In this document: positions 50,518 through 62,647 of the stretch, in pieces
Layout: every line of letters starts with the position of its first letter
How positions within the stretch are numbered: position 1 is the stretch's first letter
Source of the DNA: a virus
IMG/VR virus record: IMGVR_UViG_3300020442_000008
Coordinates: 1 to 64,000 of that record
Strand: one strand, 5' to 3'
Length of the DNA stretch: 64,000 bases
Position numbers and translations under genes: made by a program
The notes under the pieces: generated by a model
Told to the model about the DNA's origin: nothing
Database searches by the model: none
Seen by the model: only the letters and a program-made list of their open reading frames with translations

Positions 50518-51182
50518 AAAGACGAACACTAAACCGATTAATAAGTCACAAAATGGCAAAGGAGATTCTCCAAGAAATATATCTGAAGAATTTAAAAAAA
50601 ATTATGAGAAAATTAATTGGAAGAAGAAATGAACTTAATAGAATTGGAAGTTATTTTACTGCTAGGGGGCATTACCCTGTGTTTTTTATATGATTTATTT
50701 AAAAGAAGATGATAAAGTTTGCCAATGATTTTGAAGAATTTTCTTCCCAATCCGAACTCAAAAAAATCTTAAATGAAATATTAGATACTATGGGTGACTA
50801 CCCAAAAGGTAGTGTGCATGGGGGTTTAAGTCCTGTTGCAATAGAAAAAATTATTGCATATATAATGTATAGTGAAAATTGCGACTCATTAGATTTAAAT
50901 ATAACAAAAGCAGATGACGAATATCATCTTAATTTAACAATAAAAGATAAACAATAATGATACAAATAGAAGATTCAAATAACGAAAAATTTTTCATTAA
51001 TCCTTCTCAAGTAATATATGTTAAGGAGAGAATGAATAGGGATGGTACGCTATGGAAAATATTACTTTCCAATGGAGAGTCGATCATAACCAAAAACGAA
51101 CATGGAGCAAATTCTATAATTAATTCAATCACTCCAAAAAAATGATCTTGACAAAAAATAAATTACACCCTACCATTAAACC

Positions 51183-52250
51183 ATGACCAACTTAGGACTC
51201 ACTTGCATCAGCGAAGAACTCAAAGCTAAAGATAAAGCAAAATATTCTTTTCGCACAATGACTCGCAAGCGTTTCAATGATCTATCAGAAAAGGAAGGAA
51301 GAAATGAAGCTATTAAAGAATTGTCTGAACGCATTTATCACAATGTGCTTGTTACTCGTTATATTGTTCGCCATTGTATTCGGAACTCTATATGTCATTA
51401 TCGTCTCAGTTCTGCTCTCTTTCCTTTGCTTACCGATGCAACTTTGGACTTATCACTTGAACTATTACCCGATAAAGTCAAGATCGAAAATGAGCTAATA
51501 AAAATTGGCTTAATAGCTAAAAAATTTAACCTTTCAATCGGTTCGCATCCCGATCAATTCAATGTTCTTGCTTCTACTAATGAAACATCAGTAAATAGAA
51601 CTATTAACGAACTAAATTTTCAATCGAGAGTATTTGATTTAATTGGCTTGCCTCAAACGCATCAAGCACCAATGAACATTCATATCAATGGTACTCCGCC
51701 CGAAATTAAATCAGACACAACTGATCCCGACTCTATTAATAATATGCGTATCAAAGAAATGGCAGAAAGATTTTATAATAATTTGATGCGTTGTGATGAA
51801 GGTGTTTTTAATCGACTAACTATTGAGAACGAAGACAAGGGTTTTTGGAATGTAGATAATATAATTAAGTTTAGTGAATATATATTTAACAAATATAATC
51901 TTAATATTCCTGTTTGTTATGACAATCTGCATGATTTTTGCAATCCATCAGAAGAACGCAATATTATATTTCAAGCAGAGCGTTGTGCATATACATGGGT
52001 AGATCAAGATGATGGAGAATTCATTGCTCCTGTTTTTCATTGGTCAGAAGGTAAGCCCGAAAAACCAAGATCACACGCAGACTACTTTGCACTAGGAAAT
52101 TATCCACCCACTATTGCCATCGAACCAAATAGTGAAGCCAAGTGGGAATGTGAAGTTAAGCTTAAAGATATTGCCATACGAACACTTGTAAAAGGAATGA
52201 AATACAGATATTCAAGAAATATGCTTGACAACAAAGAGCAATTAGTCTAA
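51183..52250 (+). CDS. uvsE: UV-damage endonuclease (UvdE/UvsE)
   Basis: LGLTC, YRLSS.LFP, HPDQFNVLAS, NIH, RLTIENED, YDNLH, HWSE, HADY, EVK.KD. Confidence 0.9.
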   Translation: MTNLGLTCISEELKAKDKAKYSFRTMTRKRFNDLSEKEGRNEAIKELSERIYHNVLVTRYIVRHCIRNSICHYRLSSALFPLLTDATLDLSLELLPDKVKIENELIKIGLIAKKFNLSIGSHPDQFNVLASTNETSVNRTINELNFQSRVFDLIGLPQTHQAPMNIHINGTPPEIKSDTTDPDSINNMRIKEMAERFYNNLMRCDEGVFNRLTIENEDKGFWNVDNIIKFSEYIFNKYNLNIPVCYDNLHDFCNPSEERNIIFQAERCAYTWVDQDDGEFIAPVFHWSEGKPEKPRSHADYFALGNYPPTIAIEPNSEAKWECEVKLKDIAIRTLVKGMKYRYSRNMLDNKEQLV

Positions 52251-52259
52251 GGTTATATT

Positions 52260-55200
52260 ATGCACGAAAACATTACAGAAGAAAAATTTTGGTACGACTC
52301 TTACACAGGAACTTATTGGCTTGCAGATGAAGAATGGGAAGAGCCTAGAGAGTTCACAGAAGACGAATTAATATCAGAAGGAATCTACCTTAACGAATTT
52401 TGCATCAATGAGCATTTATAATATAGAAGTTCCGATTACGGAACAAGAATTGGAAGAGATGATGATGGAAGATAAATCTTTTTCTTGGGTTTTTAATACG
52501 AGCGAAGATGATTCCGTTTCAATTAATGTAAATATTTTTAAAGAAGAATATGACGGCTGAAATAATAGGTGACGATTATCCAACTTATGAAGATTTTGTC
52601 AACATGAGACAACCTAAAATATACACTCGCTTTAAACTAGAAGAATGTATTACCGCTCTTTATCAAATATCAGAAGATATTGAAGCCATGATGCACAAAG
52701 AATTTGATACAGAAGAAGGATTAACAGAAGATGGCAAAATGAATATTTTAATAGGCATGATGGAGTTGCATAAAGTTAGATGCGATGCAACTAAAGAATG
52801 TATGGAAGGTTTAATTAAACAAGGAGACTTAAAATGAATATAGTAAAAGCATTAGAATTAGTTATAGAAGAGGCTGAATTTTCTCTTGCATCAAAAAAAG
52901 AAGTATCTATTGCTAAAAATAGTGCTTTAGTTTTATGTAAAGAATTTTTAGAATTTACAAAAGCAACGGAAGAGGGTTTGTCTACTAAGAAACCCGACTT
53001 TACTCCCGATCCACCTAAACAAAAAATACATGAATCTTGAAGAAGCATTTTCAATAGTTTTAAATGAGGCAGAAATATCTGCTTTAGGAGAGCGTTCGGA
53101 TTATCATTTTGCAGTCATTAAAGCAACTGAAGTTTTGCGTTCCTTTTACGAAGATCATGGGCATCATTTTAAAAATTATGAGAAAGAAGAACACGAAAAT
53201 GTTACCAACTAAAAGATATTTGCATGATTGTTGGGAAACAGGTTTCCCTTTAAAACCTAAAAATTTAAGAACCTTTTACCCAAATAAATTCATCAGAAAA
53301 AGATATTCTTATGCTTTTTGGAAAGATATTATTAATGATTTAAATATATTGCCATATAAAAAGAGAATTGAAGTGGCGAGTAATTTATTTAAAAGATTAG
53401 ATCATCGAAATAAATTTCATAGTGAAAAGCAAGCAAGCTTTGAATTAGAATCAATGGCTTTCTGTTTACTAGAATCAGAGGGATTAATAAAAGAATGAGC
53501 GACTACTCAACAATAGAAGGTTGCATAAGACAATCTTGTGACATAAAAATAAAAACCAAATTAATAAATAAAATGGACTTAAATAAAATAATAATTAATG
53601 TTCTTGAGAAATATCAAGACTCTCAACCCAATATGGCAAGCGAATCTTTTAGAAAGATATTAGCAAAAGAGATAGAGGTAGAGGTAGACAAATACTGCCT
53701 TATGCTAATGAATTCATTAAATGGTTGACAACTGAATAAAATACTATATTATTAATTATATGAAACAAATAAATGTAAATAAATATATTATTGGAAAGAA
53801 AAAGCTAGGCAAAGGAAAGGTCGGACACAAAGGTGGAGTCGGTAGTCCAACAGGTGCTTTTGGCAATGGAAGCAAATATAACAAGCGAAAGAAATGAACC
53901 AACAAACTTTAAAAAATATAATTAGGTTTCTGCATGAGACAGAATATGATGATGAAAGAGACAGAGAACAACATATTAAAGTTGTAGAAAATATTTTAAA
54001 GAGTGAATCATGCAAGAAGAAATAAAAGATCATTGGAAACATATCAAAGATATTGAAGCGGAGCTTGAATTTCTTTATGTCAGAGAACCCGATGAAGTTG
54101 AATATATTAATCAGTTAAAAAATAAGCTTGACAATTTATACGAGATAATAGATAATTATAACCATGAAACTAACTAAATATCAAAAAGCTAGATTGCTTG
54201 AATATAATTGGGATATTATTACCAATCAAATAGATGGAGAAGAACAGAATTGCTCATGGGTCAGTATTGCACCCGAAGATGGTTCTATATATGGAGAAGT
54301 CGTGAAACATTTTAAGTTATCGGGGGATGGCGAAGATGTTAAATTATTGGTAGTAGCAACTGCTGAAGACTAATGAGCGAAATAAGAGAATTATGGGATT
54401 TGTCATGGACAGATGGATTGATTTTAACTTTGATGTTAATGGCACTATATACATATAAAGTATGGATAGATAACAAATTTAAAAAATGAATTTTATCAAA
54501 AGATTATTGCGTATATATAATTTAAAAAAGTTTTGTTCTTTTAAAATAAGTTCAGAACCAAAATTATCTGCACAACAAATAGATGAATTGATTGAAATAA
54601 ATAAAGAAGCATTAACAAATATAGGAGACGATATGGATTACGATGGGATGGGAAATCATGGTCGCTTTCCACCCGAAAGAAAATGAAGAATTTAATTATT
54701 ATATTTTTATGTTTGACAACTTTCAGTTGTTCAAATAGACTTAAACCCGAAGATACCAAGTTGTCAAGGTCATTAGAAATGCAACAAGAAATCAATGATT
54801 TACTAGAGCAAGATGCACAAAATAAAGCATTAGAGAAAGAGTATTTAGAAGAGATAAGAATTGCGGAAGAAAATAATGACCAAGAAGCATTTAAATTTTA
54901 TTTATCAGAATATGTTAAAGTAGAAAGATTAAAACTGCCCGAATGGATAAAGAAAGAACCAAATTATGTTAAGGGTGGATTAAATATAAAATATTAAAAT
55001 GAATATAGATAAAACTCCAATCAGTAAATATATATTAATAGATACAATGGCTAAACCTTCGTATGCTTACCTTGGTTACGCTTATTTAACGCAAAATGAA
55101 AAAAGCATAAAAAATCGTGCGTTTAAAATGAATCGAGCAAATAAGAAATATATATTACAAGAAGATTGGAAATGAAAATACAATTAGGAATAAGAGGTAG

Positions 55201-55933
55201 TGAGGATGCAATTAATCATATTTTAATTAAAATAGATGATCTTGTATTAATGAATAAAGATAATTTATTTCTTTCGGGCGAAGAGAGTAGAATTCAAATA
55301 GGAAAAGGCATTGAAGCTTTACTTGATTCTTTATCTAAAGATCACGAAATATGTGTTAGTGAAAAAGCATCTGACTTAATAGAGCAAGAATTAAATATGA
55401 AGAAAGGTACATTAAATAAATGGAAAAATTAATTATAGTATTTTTAGTAGGGGCAGTAATCTCTTTTGGCTTTACATTATATCTTTTATTTAAAAGTTAA
55501 TTATGAAAAGAGTAGAAGAAGTAAATAGAGAAAAAGTTTTATCTCAAATAATAGATCATTGCAAGGAACTTCTGAAAGATGGAGAATTTCTGTCTAAAAA
55601 CGATTGGCAGACAGATACGCTCTTACTTCATTCAGAGAAATTTCTCAAGCAAGAAAAAAAAGCTTGACACTATCGCTTGCCTAGTCTAGTATTATTACTA
55701 TGAACACGGCACAAGCTTTCTTAAATAGTATTAACGAGTCAATCGCTCAAGGCGAGAAGATTGCAAACTCAATTCCTCGCAAGGGTCTTAACATTTACCT
55801 AGACAAATCAACTATGGTTATGCAACAATTCCACGATCCTAGTGCTTTTGACAAGGCAAAGCAAGCAACTGCTCGTAAAGGTCAATCAAGTATTCTTAGG
55901 ATGCAAATGGATGGAAATGGCAGATTGCAATAA
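52260..55933 (+). other. Array of short early-type hypothetical ORFs, including lipoprotein 54683..54997
   Basis: Dense same-strand ORFs, several with their own TTGACA promoters (52225, 53725, 54128, 55664). Confidence 0.6.
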
Positions 55934-55973
55934 AAAGCTTGACATCATCAAAAAACTCTGACAGACTACAATC

Positions 55974-57161
55974 ATGCAAACACTAGAAAAACTTTACAAA
56001 ATAGACTCTAAGGGTCGCCTTAGAGAATGGACAATGCACATTAATCGTGATACATTTTTTGCGGTTAAAGGTTTGGTCGGCATGAAGCTGACAGAAGACA
56101 AACCTACATTTTGTACTGCTAAAAATATAGGCAGAAGTAATGAGACTACTGATGAAGAGCAGACAATCCTAGAAGCAAAAGCTAAGTGGGAAAAGAAACT
56201 CAAAGAGGGTTACGCAAAGACTCCCGAAGAGGCAGAGACGAGATCGTATTTTGATCCTATGCTTGCACAATCTTATGATGATCGCAAGTCAGAAGTCGAA
56301 GAGGCATACAAACAAGGTGTAGTTTATTGTCAACCAAAACTAGATGGTATTCGTTGCATTGTGCGTAAAGAAGGTAATGATGTTGTTGCTAGAACTCGCA
56401 ATGGTAGACTCATTGATGCAATCCCTCATATCACCAAGGAATTAAGTCCTTATTTTAAAAATAATGACAAACTCGTTCTTGATGGAGAATTATATAATCA
56501 CGATTTAAAACATGATTTTAATAAAATAGTTTCATTAGTAAGAAAGCAAAAACCTAGTAAAACTAAATCAGATACAGATAAATCTTTTCAAAAGAAATTA
56601 GATAAGTTCGATAAAGCACTAAAAGAATCTAAATCTCTTGTACAATATTGGATATATGATATACCCAAGAGTGACTCGTTTAAATGTAGAAATCTTTTTT
56701 CGGAGCGTTTCTTTGCTGAAGATATATTTGAAAGTGATTCTATTAAATTCGTTAAGACTCAAGTTGCATTTGATAATGATGATCTTGATGATATATATAA
56801 ACGATATGTCGGTAGTGGATACGAAGGTCAAATGATCCGCATTAATTCGGGTTATGAGCAAGGCAAGCGTAGTGCAAAACTATTAAAGCGTAAAGATTTT
56901 ATGGATGCAGAGTATCTTGTGACAGATATTGAAGAGGGTAATGGCAATCGTAGTGGTACTGCGAAACATCTTGTTTGTTATTGTCCTAAAATGGATACGC
57001 ATTTCAATTCAAATATTAAAGGTAATTTTGATTATCTAGCAGAAATCCTAGAGAATCGTGAATACTATATTGGTAAATATGCAACGATTAAGTTTTTTGA
57101 GCTTACTCCCGATGGTATTCCTAGATTTCCTTACGCACTTTCTTTCAGAGATTACGAGTAA
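55974..57161 (+). CDS. lig: ATP-dependent DNA ligase
   Basis: PMLA, QPKLDGIRC (KxDG), LDGELY, YEGQMIR, KRS..LLKRK, GIPRFP. Confidence 0.93.
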   Translation: MQTLEKLYKIDSKGRLREWTMHINRDTFFAVKGLVGMKLTEDKPTFCTAKNIGRSNETTDEEQTILEAKAKWEKKLKEGYAKTPEEAETRSYFDPMLAQSYDDRKSEVEEAYKQGVVYCQPKLDGIRCIVRKEGNDVVARTRNGRLIDAIPHITKELSPYFKNNDKLVLDGELYNHDLKHDFNKIVSLVRKQKPSKTKSDTDKSFQKKLDKFDKALKESKSLVQYWIYDIPKSDSFKCRNLFSERFFAEDIFESDSIKFVKTQVAFDNDDLDDIYKRYVGSGYEGQMIRINSGYEQGKRSAKLLKRKDFMDAEYLVTDIEEGNGNRSGTAKHLVCYCPKMDTHFNSNIKGNFDYLAEILENREYYIGKYATIKFFELTPDGIPRFPYALSFRDYE

Positions 57162-57176
57162 ATTCGTTCTTAACTA

Positions 57177-57205
57177 GCTTATAATGAGAGGGTTATAAGC
57201 ATTTT
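57177..57205 (+). terminator. Hairpin after the ligase (possible terminator)
   Basis: GCTTATAA-TGAGAGGG-TTATAAGC followed by ATTTT. Confidence 0.45.
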
Positions 57206-57254
57206 CACAAAAAAGCTTGACAAGCAAGCAGTTTTCCTCAATACTTATTCTATC

Positions 57255-58025
57255 ATGCAAATCACACTTACAGAAAAATCAACTCAATTTGAATTAACGA
57301 ATAGTTTCGATCAACTATTATTTCCATTTAAGCATACGCTTGAGCAAGCGAAGGCAGTTCAGAAAACGAATCAACTGAAAGAAGTTGATCGCTTTTTTAA
57401 CAACCTTACACTTCGTCTTGTTAAAGAAGGTGAAGATTATTGGGAATCATTAATTCCCAAGAACGATGCAGAAATGTTTGGTCGTTGGGTATTCGCTATT
57501 ATGAGCGTTCACACTACTTGGGAAAGTAATGTGCGTGGATACGAAATCGCAATGAGCGATTTATCATGGACAATTTCCAAAGATGCGTTGCGTGACATGA
57601 TTGTCAAAGCAAAGGTTGGTCTTTATGAGCGTAGAGAAAGAGGTTTGTGGGACTTGGCAACCAAGTTCAGAGAAAACCCCGATCAGTTCAAGAAGCAAGA
57701 TGACGAGACATGGCAAGAATGTCGCAATCGCTTGATTGGTACGATCTATGGACTTGGCAATGCAAAGACAACTTATGCTCTGTCTTTGAGTTATCCAACA
57801 GAGTCGCAACTTTGTTGCTTGGATGTTCACTTGTTACGCTTCATGGGGCATGATCTCAAGAAGGGTCACGCTAGTTCACTAGAAGCATATCAAGAAATGG
57901 AAAACGAGTGGCTTGCTCGTTGCGACAAGTATGGAGTGTCTCCAAATGTTGCTAGAGAAATTTATTGGAACAAAGTTCAAGGCAGAAGGAACTCACGCTA
58001 TTGGAGTTACTGCCTCGAAAAATAA
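57255..58025 (+). CDS. Helix-hairpin-helix DNA glycosylase-like protein
   Basis: F.IMS..T..E, IYGLGNAKT (HhH), CLDVHLLRF (catalytic Asp), Y..ME..W. Confidence 0.7.
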   Translation: MQITLTEKSTQFELTNSFDQLLFPFKHTLEQAKAVQKTNQLKEVDRFFNNLTLRLVKEGEDYWESLIPKNDAEMFGRWVFAIMSVHTTWESNVRGYEIAMSDLSWTISKDALRDMIVKAKVGLYERRERGLWDLATKFRENPDQFKKQDDETWQECRNRLIGTIYGLGNAKTTYALSLSYPTESQLCCLDVHLLRFMGHDLKKGHASSLEAYQEMENEWLARCDKYGVSPNVAREIYWNKVQGRRNSRYWSYCLEK

Positions 58026-58065
58026 TTTTCTTGACATTCAACATTAATCAGTCATACTTAACATT

Positions 58066-58644
58066 ATGAATTATTGGAATACAAAGCAAATACATTGGCA
58101 TGACTTCACTTCTGAAGATATTTTTATTAAAAGAAATAGAGTTAGTAGTCAATTTGAAGATGAAATTCAAACTGCATCATATAAAACCAAAAGTGGTTTC
58201 GTAAGTTTCCTAACAGATGGAAATGGTCGTAACCAATATGGTAGGATGGTTAAAAGAGCAGTTGGAGTTTGTGTTCGATTACATGGATTAAAGGATAATT
58301 ATCCTTGTGCAGAGATTGACTTCGTAAAATATAATATCAACAAGAAATATTCTAATGGAGCAAACAAGTGGACTTCGCCTAATGCTATTGCATATATAAC
58401 AAGCAATCATCAGCATGGACAATACAAGCGTGATCCGATTAGTGGTGATTGGGTTATGGACTATGATCCGCTTGTCGCTAGGGATGACGAAGGTTATCAA
58501 GTTCACTTTTCGGCAAATCAATCTCAATATGGTGGAGATCGTAGAGAGTGCCAAGAAATGCTAGATATATCTTGGGCAGTCGTAGACTTTCTTGTAGAGA
58601 AAGTTTTACCATCTAAAAGAAATGCCTTGACAATGGTTGCGTAA
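58066..58644 (+). CDS. Hypothetical protein
   Basis: 192-aa ORF with leaderless promoter at 58031. Confidence 0.7.
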   Translation: MNYWNTKQIHWHDFTSEDIFIKRNRVSSQFEDEIQTASYKTKSGFVSFLTDGNGRNQYGRMVKRAVGVCVRLHGLKDNYPCAEIDFVKYNINKKYSNGANKWTSPNAIAYITSNHQHGQYKRDPISGDWVMDYDPLVARDDEGYQVHFSANQSQYGGDRRECQEMLDISWAVVDFLVEKVLPSKRNALTMVA

Positions 58645-58661
58645 TCTGATTGAATACTATT

Positions 58662-58961
58662 ATGACACAAAAAGAGGAAAGACAAATTGCAGAAATTCGC
58701 CAAGCTCACTTGGATAGAATTCAAGAACTAAAAGAAATGATAGCAGAAATGCACCCCGAAGCACTCTTTGCAGATGGTTTTGATCGCTCGATCATGGGTT
58801 ACGATAAAGATGGCAGAGTAATCTACTCTGTTGACTCTATTGTCGAGACTCTTGTAGAGCGTGATGGAATGGATTGGGAAGAAGCTTCAGAACATTTCAG
58901 CTTTAACATAGAAGGTGCTTATGTTGGGGAATACACTCCAATCTATATGTACGAAAATTAG
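58662..58961 (+). CDS. Conserved phage hypothetical protein
   Basis: ADGFD..I.G...RVIYS...L..RDGM..EEA.E.F.FNI.GAYVGE.TP motif. Confidence 0.7.
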   Translation: MTQKEERQIAEIRQAHLDRIQELKEMIAEMHPEALFADGFDRSIMGYDKDGRVIYSVDSIVETLVERDGMDWEEASEHFSFNIEGAYVGEYTPIYMYEN

Positions 58962-59201
58962 TGTAAATATATTAACAAAATGAACAAGCTAAAAGAACTT
59001 ATTAATTTAAAAATAGAAGAGATAGAGAACCTTGAAATTGACACTCAAGAAAACGAAGAAAGATACATCCATGAGATTAACTGCTTAGTATATACTAAGT
59101 ATTTACTCTTCGGTGACGAAAATCTTCTCGTTGACTAAAAAAAGTGTTGACATTCAACCAAAATCTGTCAAACTCATTATATAACACTTAGAAAAACTAT
59201 T

Positions 59202-61493
59202 ATGATTATCACACAAGAAAAATCCAAACGAGTCGTATCGTCTCACGATTTCGATTCAGTAAATTGTACCATTGATGCAGAAGATATGCGTTATGTCGCT
59301 TCTCTTCTTCGCAACAACTATTCTAATCCACCTCTCGCAGTTGTGCGTGAGATTAGTGCTAACGCACTAGACGCAAACAAGGAAGCTAATGCTACTCGTA
59401 AAGTAGAGATTACTCTTCCTTCCAAGTTTCAGCCAAACTTTTGCGTTCGTGATTTTGGTAGTGGCTTGAGCAAAGAAGATGTCTTCGGTTTGTATTCAAA
59501 ATATGGTAAAAGCACTAAGCGTAATTCCAATTCGTATATCGGTGCTTTCGGTATTGGCAAGTTTGCCCCATTGTCTTATGGGAATAATTTCACTTGCGTT
59601 TCGTATCATGGTGGAACTAAATCTTCTTATAATATTTTCGTTAATGAAGATGATGATACCAAGATTGTTGAAATGCACCAAGAACCTTCCAACGAACCAA
59701 GTGGTTTGTCGGTAGAAGTTGCTATTGCAGATGAAGATGTAGACAAATTCAGAGAAATTGTCAAAGCGTTCTTTCGTTTCTTTAGCGAAGATGAAATGCC
59801 AAAATTTATTGGCATTGGTGATGACGAACAATTTTTCGACAAGTATGATGTTGTGCTTCAATCCAAAGATGATTCTTGGTTCATCATTGATGACAAACAA
59901 GACTATTGGAGAAGAAGTCATTCGCAATCTCATGCTTTCATGGGCAGAGTGCATTATCCTATCAATACGAATTCTATTGACTTCAAGAATTATGTAGAAG
60001 AGGACTATGACTATGCACCTCTAAAGAATCTATGTGATGAAGATAATGTTTACCTTCGATTCGATATTGGAGAGCTAAAACTACATCATAGTCGTGAGTC
60101 TTTAGAGTATAACAAAGCTACACAAAAAGCTATTGTAGAACATCTTAGGAAAATGTACGATGACATTCAAGAGATTGCCAAGGAAAAACTTGGTGGAGCA
60201 ACTTGCCTATGGGATGCAAAAGCAAAGTATGCACAAGTTATCAATGCTTTGCCATATCAGTTAAGAAGTATTTTTCAGAACTCTTTTAAGTGGAAAGGTA
60301 TTCCAATTTTGGGTGCAACTTTCCATAGAAGTTATCATTACAATGAAAATATTATCATTACTGAATATACTAAAAGCGAAGACAAGGATGTTACTGATGG
60401 ATATAAAGTAAAAAGTCAAAAATCAAGTAGGATAGATGTTCACAAGAACAACCGATTGGTTCTACAAGACATTAAATCCTCTCATGGCAATGCTTTACGA
60501 GCAAGAACTATATTCAATACTGACGATTCTATTGTTGCAGTTTATGTTGTTTCTTACGATAAAAGTGGTGAGACATATATGTTCAATGATGAAGATGGTT
60601 GGCAACTCAACCTTGTCTCTGATGAAAATATATCCTATACTAGCAATATCGAGAAAGCTAAACTAAAGCAAGGAACTAGATCAAGTGGCGAATCACGCTC
60701 ATCCGTTCCAACCTTTCTATACGATCCGCAAGGATATAGAAATTCCGATCAATGGAAGAATGGTGCAGAACGAGACGATCTTGAAGAAGAACTAGATGAT
60801 GATTCACAACTTGTATATATTTCCATTAGTAATTATAAACCAAGTGGAGAAAGTGCTACTGATTTTTATAGCTTAGATTCTCTCAAGCGTGACTACAAGG
60901 GCATGAAAGCTTTGCTTAAAAACTTGGATGAACCTATGATTGATCTGCATGGAATTCGTAAGGCAGATGTTTCCAAGCTTGACAAGTCAAAATGGATTGA
61001 ATGGCAAGATTATCGTATTCGCAAAGCTAAGGGTGCATTGCTTCGCAGAAAAGCTGATATATTGCGTGGAGAGCGTAGACTTGCTTATACAGAGCATCGA
61101 CATGAAATGTCTCATGTGAAAAGTATTGAAGGGTTACTAGCGAATAAGAGCCTTAAAAATATTTTAAACAATAGTCTTGACAAAAACCATGATGTCAGAG
61201 AAGCAATGAATATTCTTGCAGATTCTCAACTAGAAGATGTTGTTGTGTCCACATTGAGTCAACTCAAAAAGTTAGTACATGATAACGATAAAGATTGGTT
61301 CGACAAGAATTTCTCTTCTACATATAAATGGAAAAGCTTTGACTATCTTTGCAAAGATATTTCAGATAAGTACCCATTACTTGTGAACATAAATTCACAA
61401 GTTTACGGATGGGCAAATCTATCCGAATCAAATTTCGGAAAGAACATTGCTGATTATATTTCTATGTGTGATAAGCTAGGGGAAGAGGCATGA
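59202..61493 (+). CDS. rIIA: rIIA-like protein (N-terminal GHKL ATPase)
   Basis: YSNP..AVVREIS.NA.DA, VRDFG.GLS, Y..STKR.SN..IG.FGIGK.AP.SY. Followed by rIIB. Confidence 0.88.
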   Translation: MIITQEKSKRVVSSHDFDSVNCTIDAEDMRYVASLLRNNYSNPPLAVVREISANALDANKEANATRKVEITLPSKFQPNFCVRDFGSGLSKEDVFGLYSKYGKSTKRNSNSYIGAFGIGKFAPLSYGNNFTCVSYHGGTKSSYNIFVNEDDDTKIVEMHQEPSNEPSGLSVEVAIADEDVDKFREIVKAFFRFFSEDEMPKFIGIGDDEQFFDKYDVVLQSKDDSWFIIDDKQDYWRRSHSQSHAFMGRVHYPINTNSIDFKNYVEEDYDYAPLKNLCDEDNVYLRFDIGELKLHHSRESLEYNKATQKAIVEHLRKMYDDIQEIAKEKLGGATCLWDAKAKYAQVINALPYQLRSIFQNSFKWKGIPILGATFHRSYHYNENIIITEYTKSEDKDVTDGYKVKSQKSSRIDVHKNNRLVLQDIKSSHGNALRARTIFNTDDSIVAVYVVSYDKSGETYMFNDEDGWQLNLVSDENISYTSNIEKAKLKQGTRSSGESRSSVPTFLYDPQGYRNSDQWKNGAERDDLEEELDDDSQLVYISISNYKPSGESATDFYSLDSLKRDYKGMKALLKNLDEPMIDLHGIRKADVSKLDKSKWIEWQDYRIRKAKGALLRRKADILRGERRLAYTEHRHEMSHVKSIEGLLANKSLKNILNNSLDKNHDVREAMNILADSQLEDVVVSTLSQLKKLVHDNDKDWFDKNFSSTYKWKSFDYLCKDISDKYPLLVNINSQVYGWANLSESNFGKNIADYISMCDKLGEEA

Positions 61494-61518
61494 AAATGCC
61501 TCTCCCCGAAACTTTTTT
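61479..61518 (+). terminator. Hairpin overlapping the rIIA stop (possible terminator)
   Basis: GGGGA(A)GAGGCAT-GAAA-ATGCCTCTCCCC followed by GAAACTTTTTT. Confidence 0.55.
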
Positions 61519-61573
61519 CTTGACTTTAACTACAATTTCAAATACTATTATATACAACGAAAGATAAAAAATT

Positions 61574-62647
61574 ATGAATGAAAAATTAGCGTACAACTTG
61601 AGTGAAGATTCCATTACTATCTTTTACGATGGAAAACCATACACGATCCGCAAAGACAATGCAAACTTCTCTGCCTTGCGTTCAGCGATTTTTGAGGGAA
61701 GGTTTGATGATGTTCCCGAATTGCTTGATGTCAAAAAGGCAATCGAAGATTTTGTCGAAGGTGATGTCGAGGTTAGAGATGAGGTCTTATATTACAAAGG
61801 CAAGCATAGACTACATGGTGTTGTTGTTGACAAGCTATTGGATATGTTGCGTAGTGGCATGAAGGATTCTACTCCGATGACCAATTACATTGGTCGGCTC
61901 ATGCAGAACCCATCATCCAATTCTGTTGATGAACTTTATACCTTTCTTGGTTATCGGTCTTTGCCAATTACTCCCGAAGGGAAAGTGTTGGGCTACAAAG
62001 GTGTTCAAGCGGATTATTGGAGCAACACAGGTAATGCGGATACAATCGTATTACAAGGTGAAACCAACGAGAGGCATCAAATCTACAATGGTGTTGGTGA
62101 AACGATTGAGATTCAGCGTAGAAGTTGTGATGACAACAAAGATCATCATTGCTCTCATGGGTTGCATATCGGTTCGTATGATTATGCTAATAATTGGGCA
62201 TCATCTGATGGTAAATTGCTTCTTGTGGAGTTTGATCCCCAAGATGCAGTCTCCGTTCCAACCGATTGTGAATTTCAAAAATTAAGGGTTTGCAAGTACA
62301 AAGTGGTTGCAGACATTAGTGACTCTCGCCAAGAGCTAGATAAGGTAGTCTACGAGGCTAATAAGCCTATCTATGGTTCTGATTCAGATTTAGATGATTC
62401 TGAAATCGAAGGAGAGTGGGAAGAAGACCAAGACGATGCAGATTTCGTTTCCAAGCTTGAAGTCAAAAACTATATTGAAAATAAGTTAGAAAGAGGAGAA
62501 GAAGTTACTCTTAAACTTATATCTTCATTGAAGGTTTGTCGGGAAGAAGGTTGGAGAGTAAGGGATGTTGCAGTTCTTGTTGAAGAACTTGGTTTCGATC
62601 TCGATGAAGACCAAAACGACATCATGTCAAATTGGAAGGTTTCATAA
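61574..62647 (+). CDS. rIIB: rIIB-like protein
   Basis: NPS..SVDELY.FL...LPIT.EG..L.YK.V, R...DDN...CS.GLH, V.VP.D....KLRVCKY.V. Confidence 0.9.
   Translation: MNEKLAYNLSEDSITIFYDGKPYTIRKDNANFSALRSAIFEGRFDDVPELLDVKKAIEDFVEGDVEVRDEVLYYKGKHRLHGVVVDKLLDMLRSGMKDSTPMTNYIGRLMQNPSSNSVDELYTFLGYRSLPITPEGKVLGYKGVQADYWSNTGNADTIVLQGETNERHQIYNGVGETIEIQRRSCDDNKDHHCSHGLHIGSYDYANNWASSDGKLLLVEFDPQDAVSVPTDCEFQKLRVCKYKVVADISDSRQELDKVVYEANKPIYGSDSDLDDSEIEGEWEEDQDDADFVSKLEVKNYIENKLERGEEVTLKLISSLKVCREEGWRVRDVAVLVEELGFDLDEDQNDIMSNWKVS

Larger units (their letters stand above)
47754..51145 (+). other. Array of short early-type hypothetical ORFs
   Basis: At least 12 same-strand ORFs of 60-125 aa with ATGA/TAATG overlaps. 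Confidence 0.65.
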
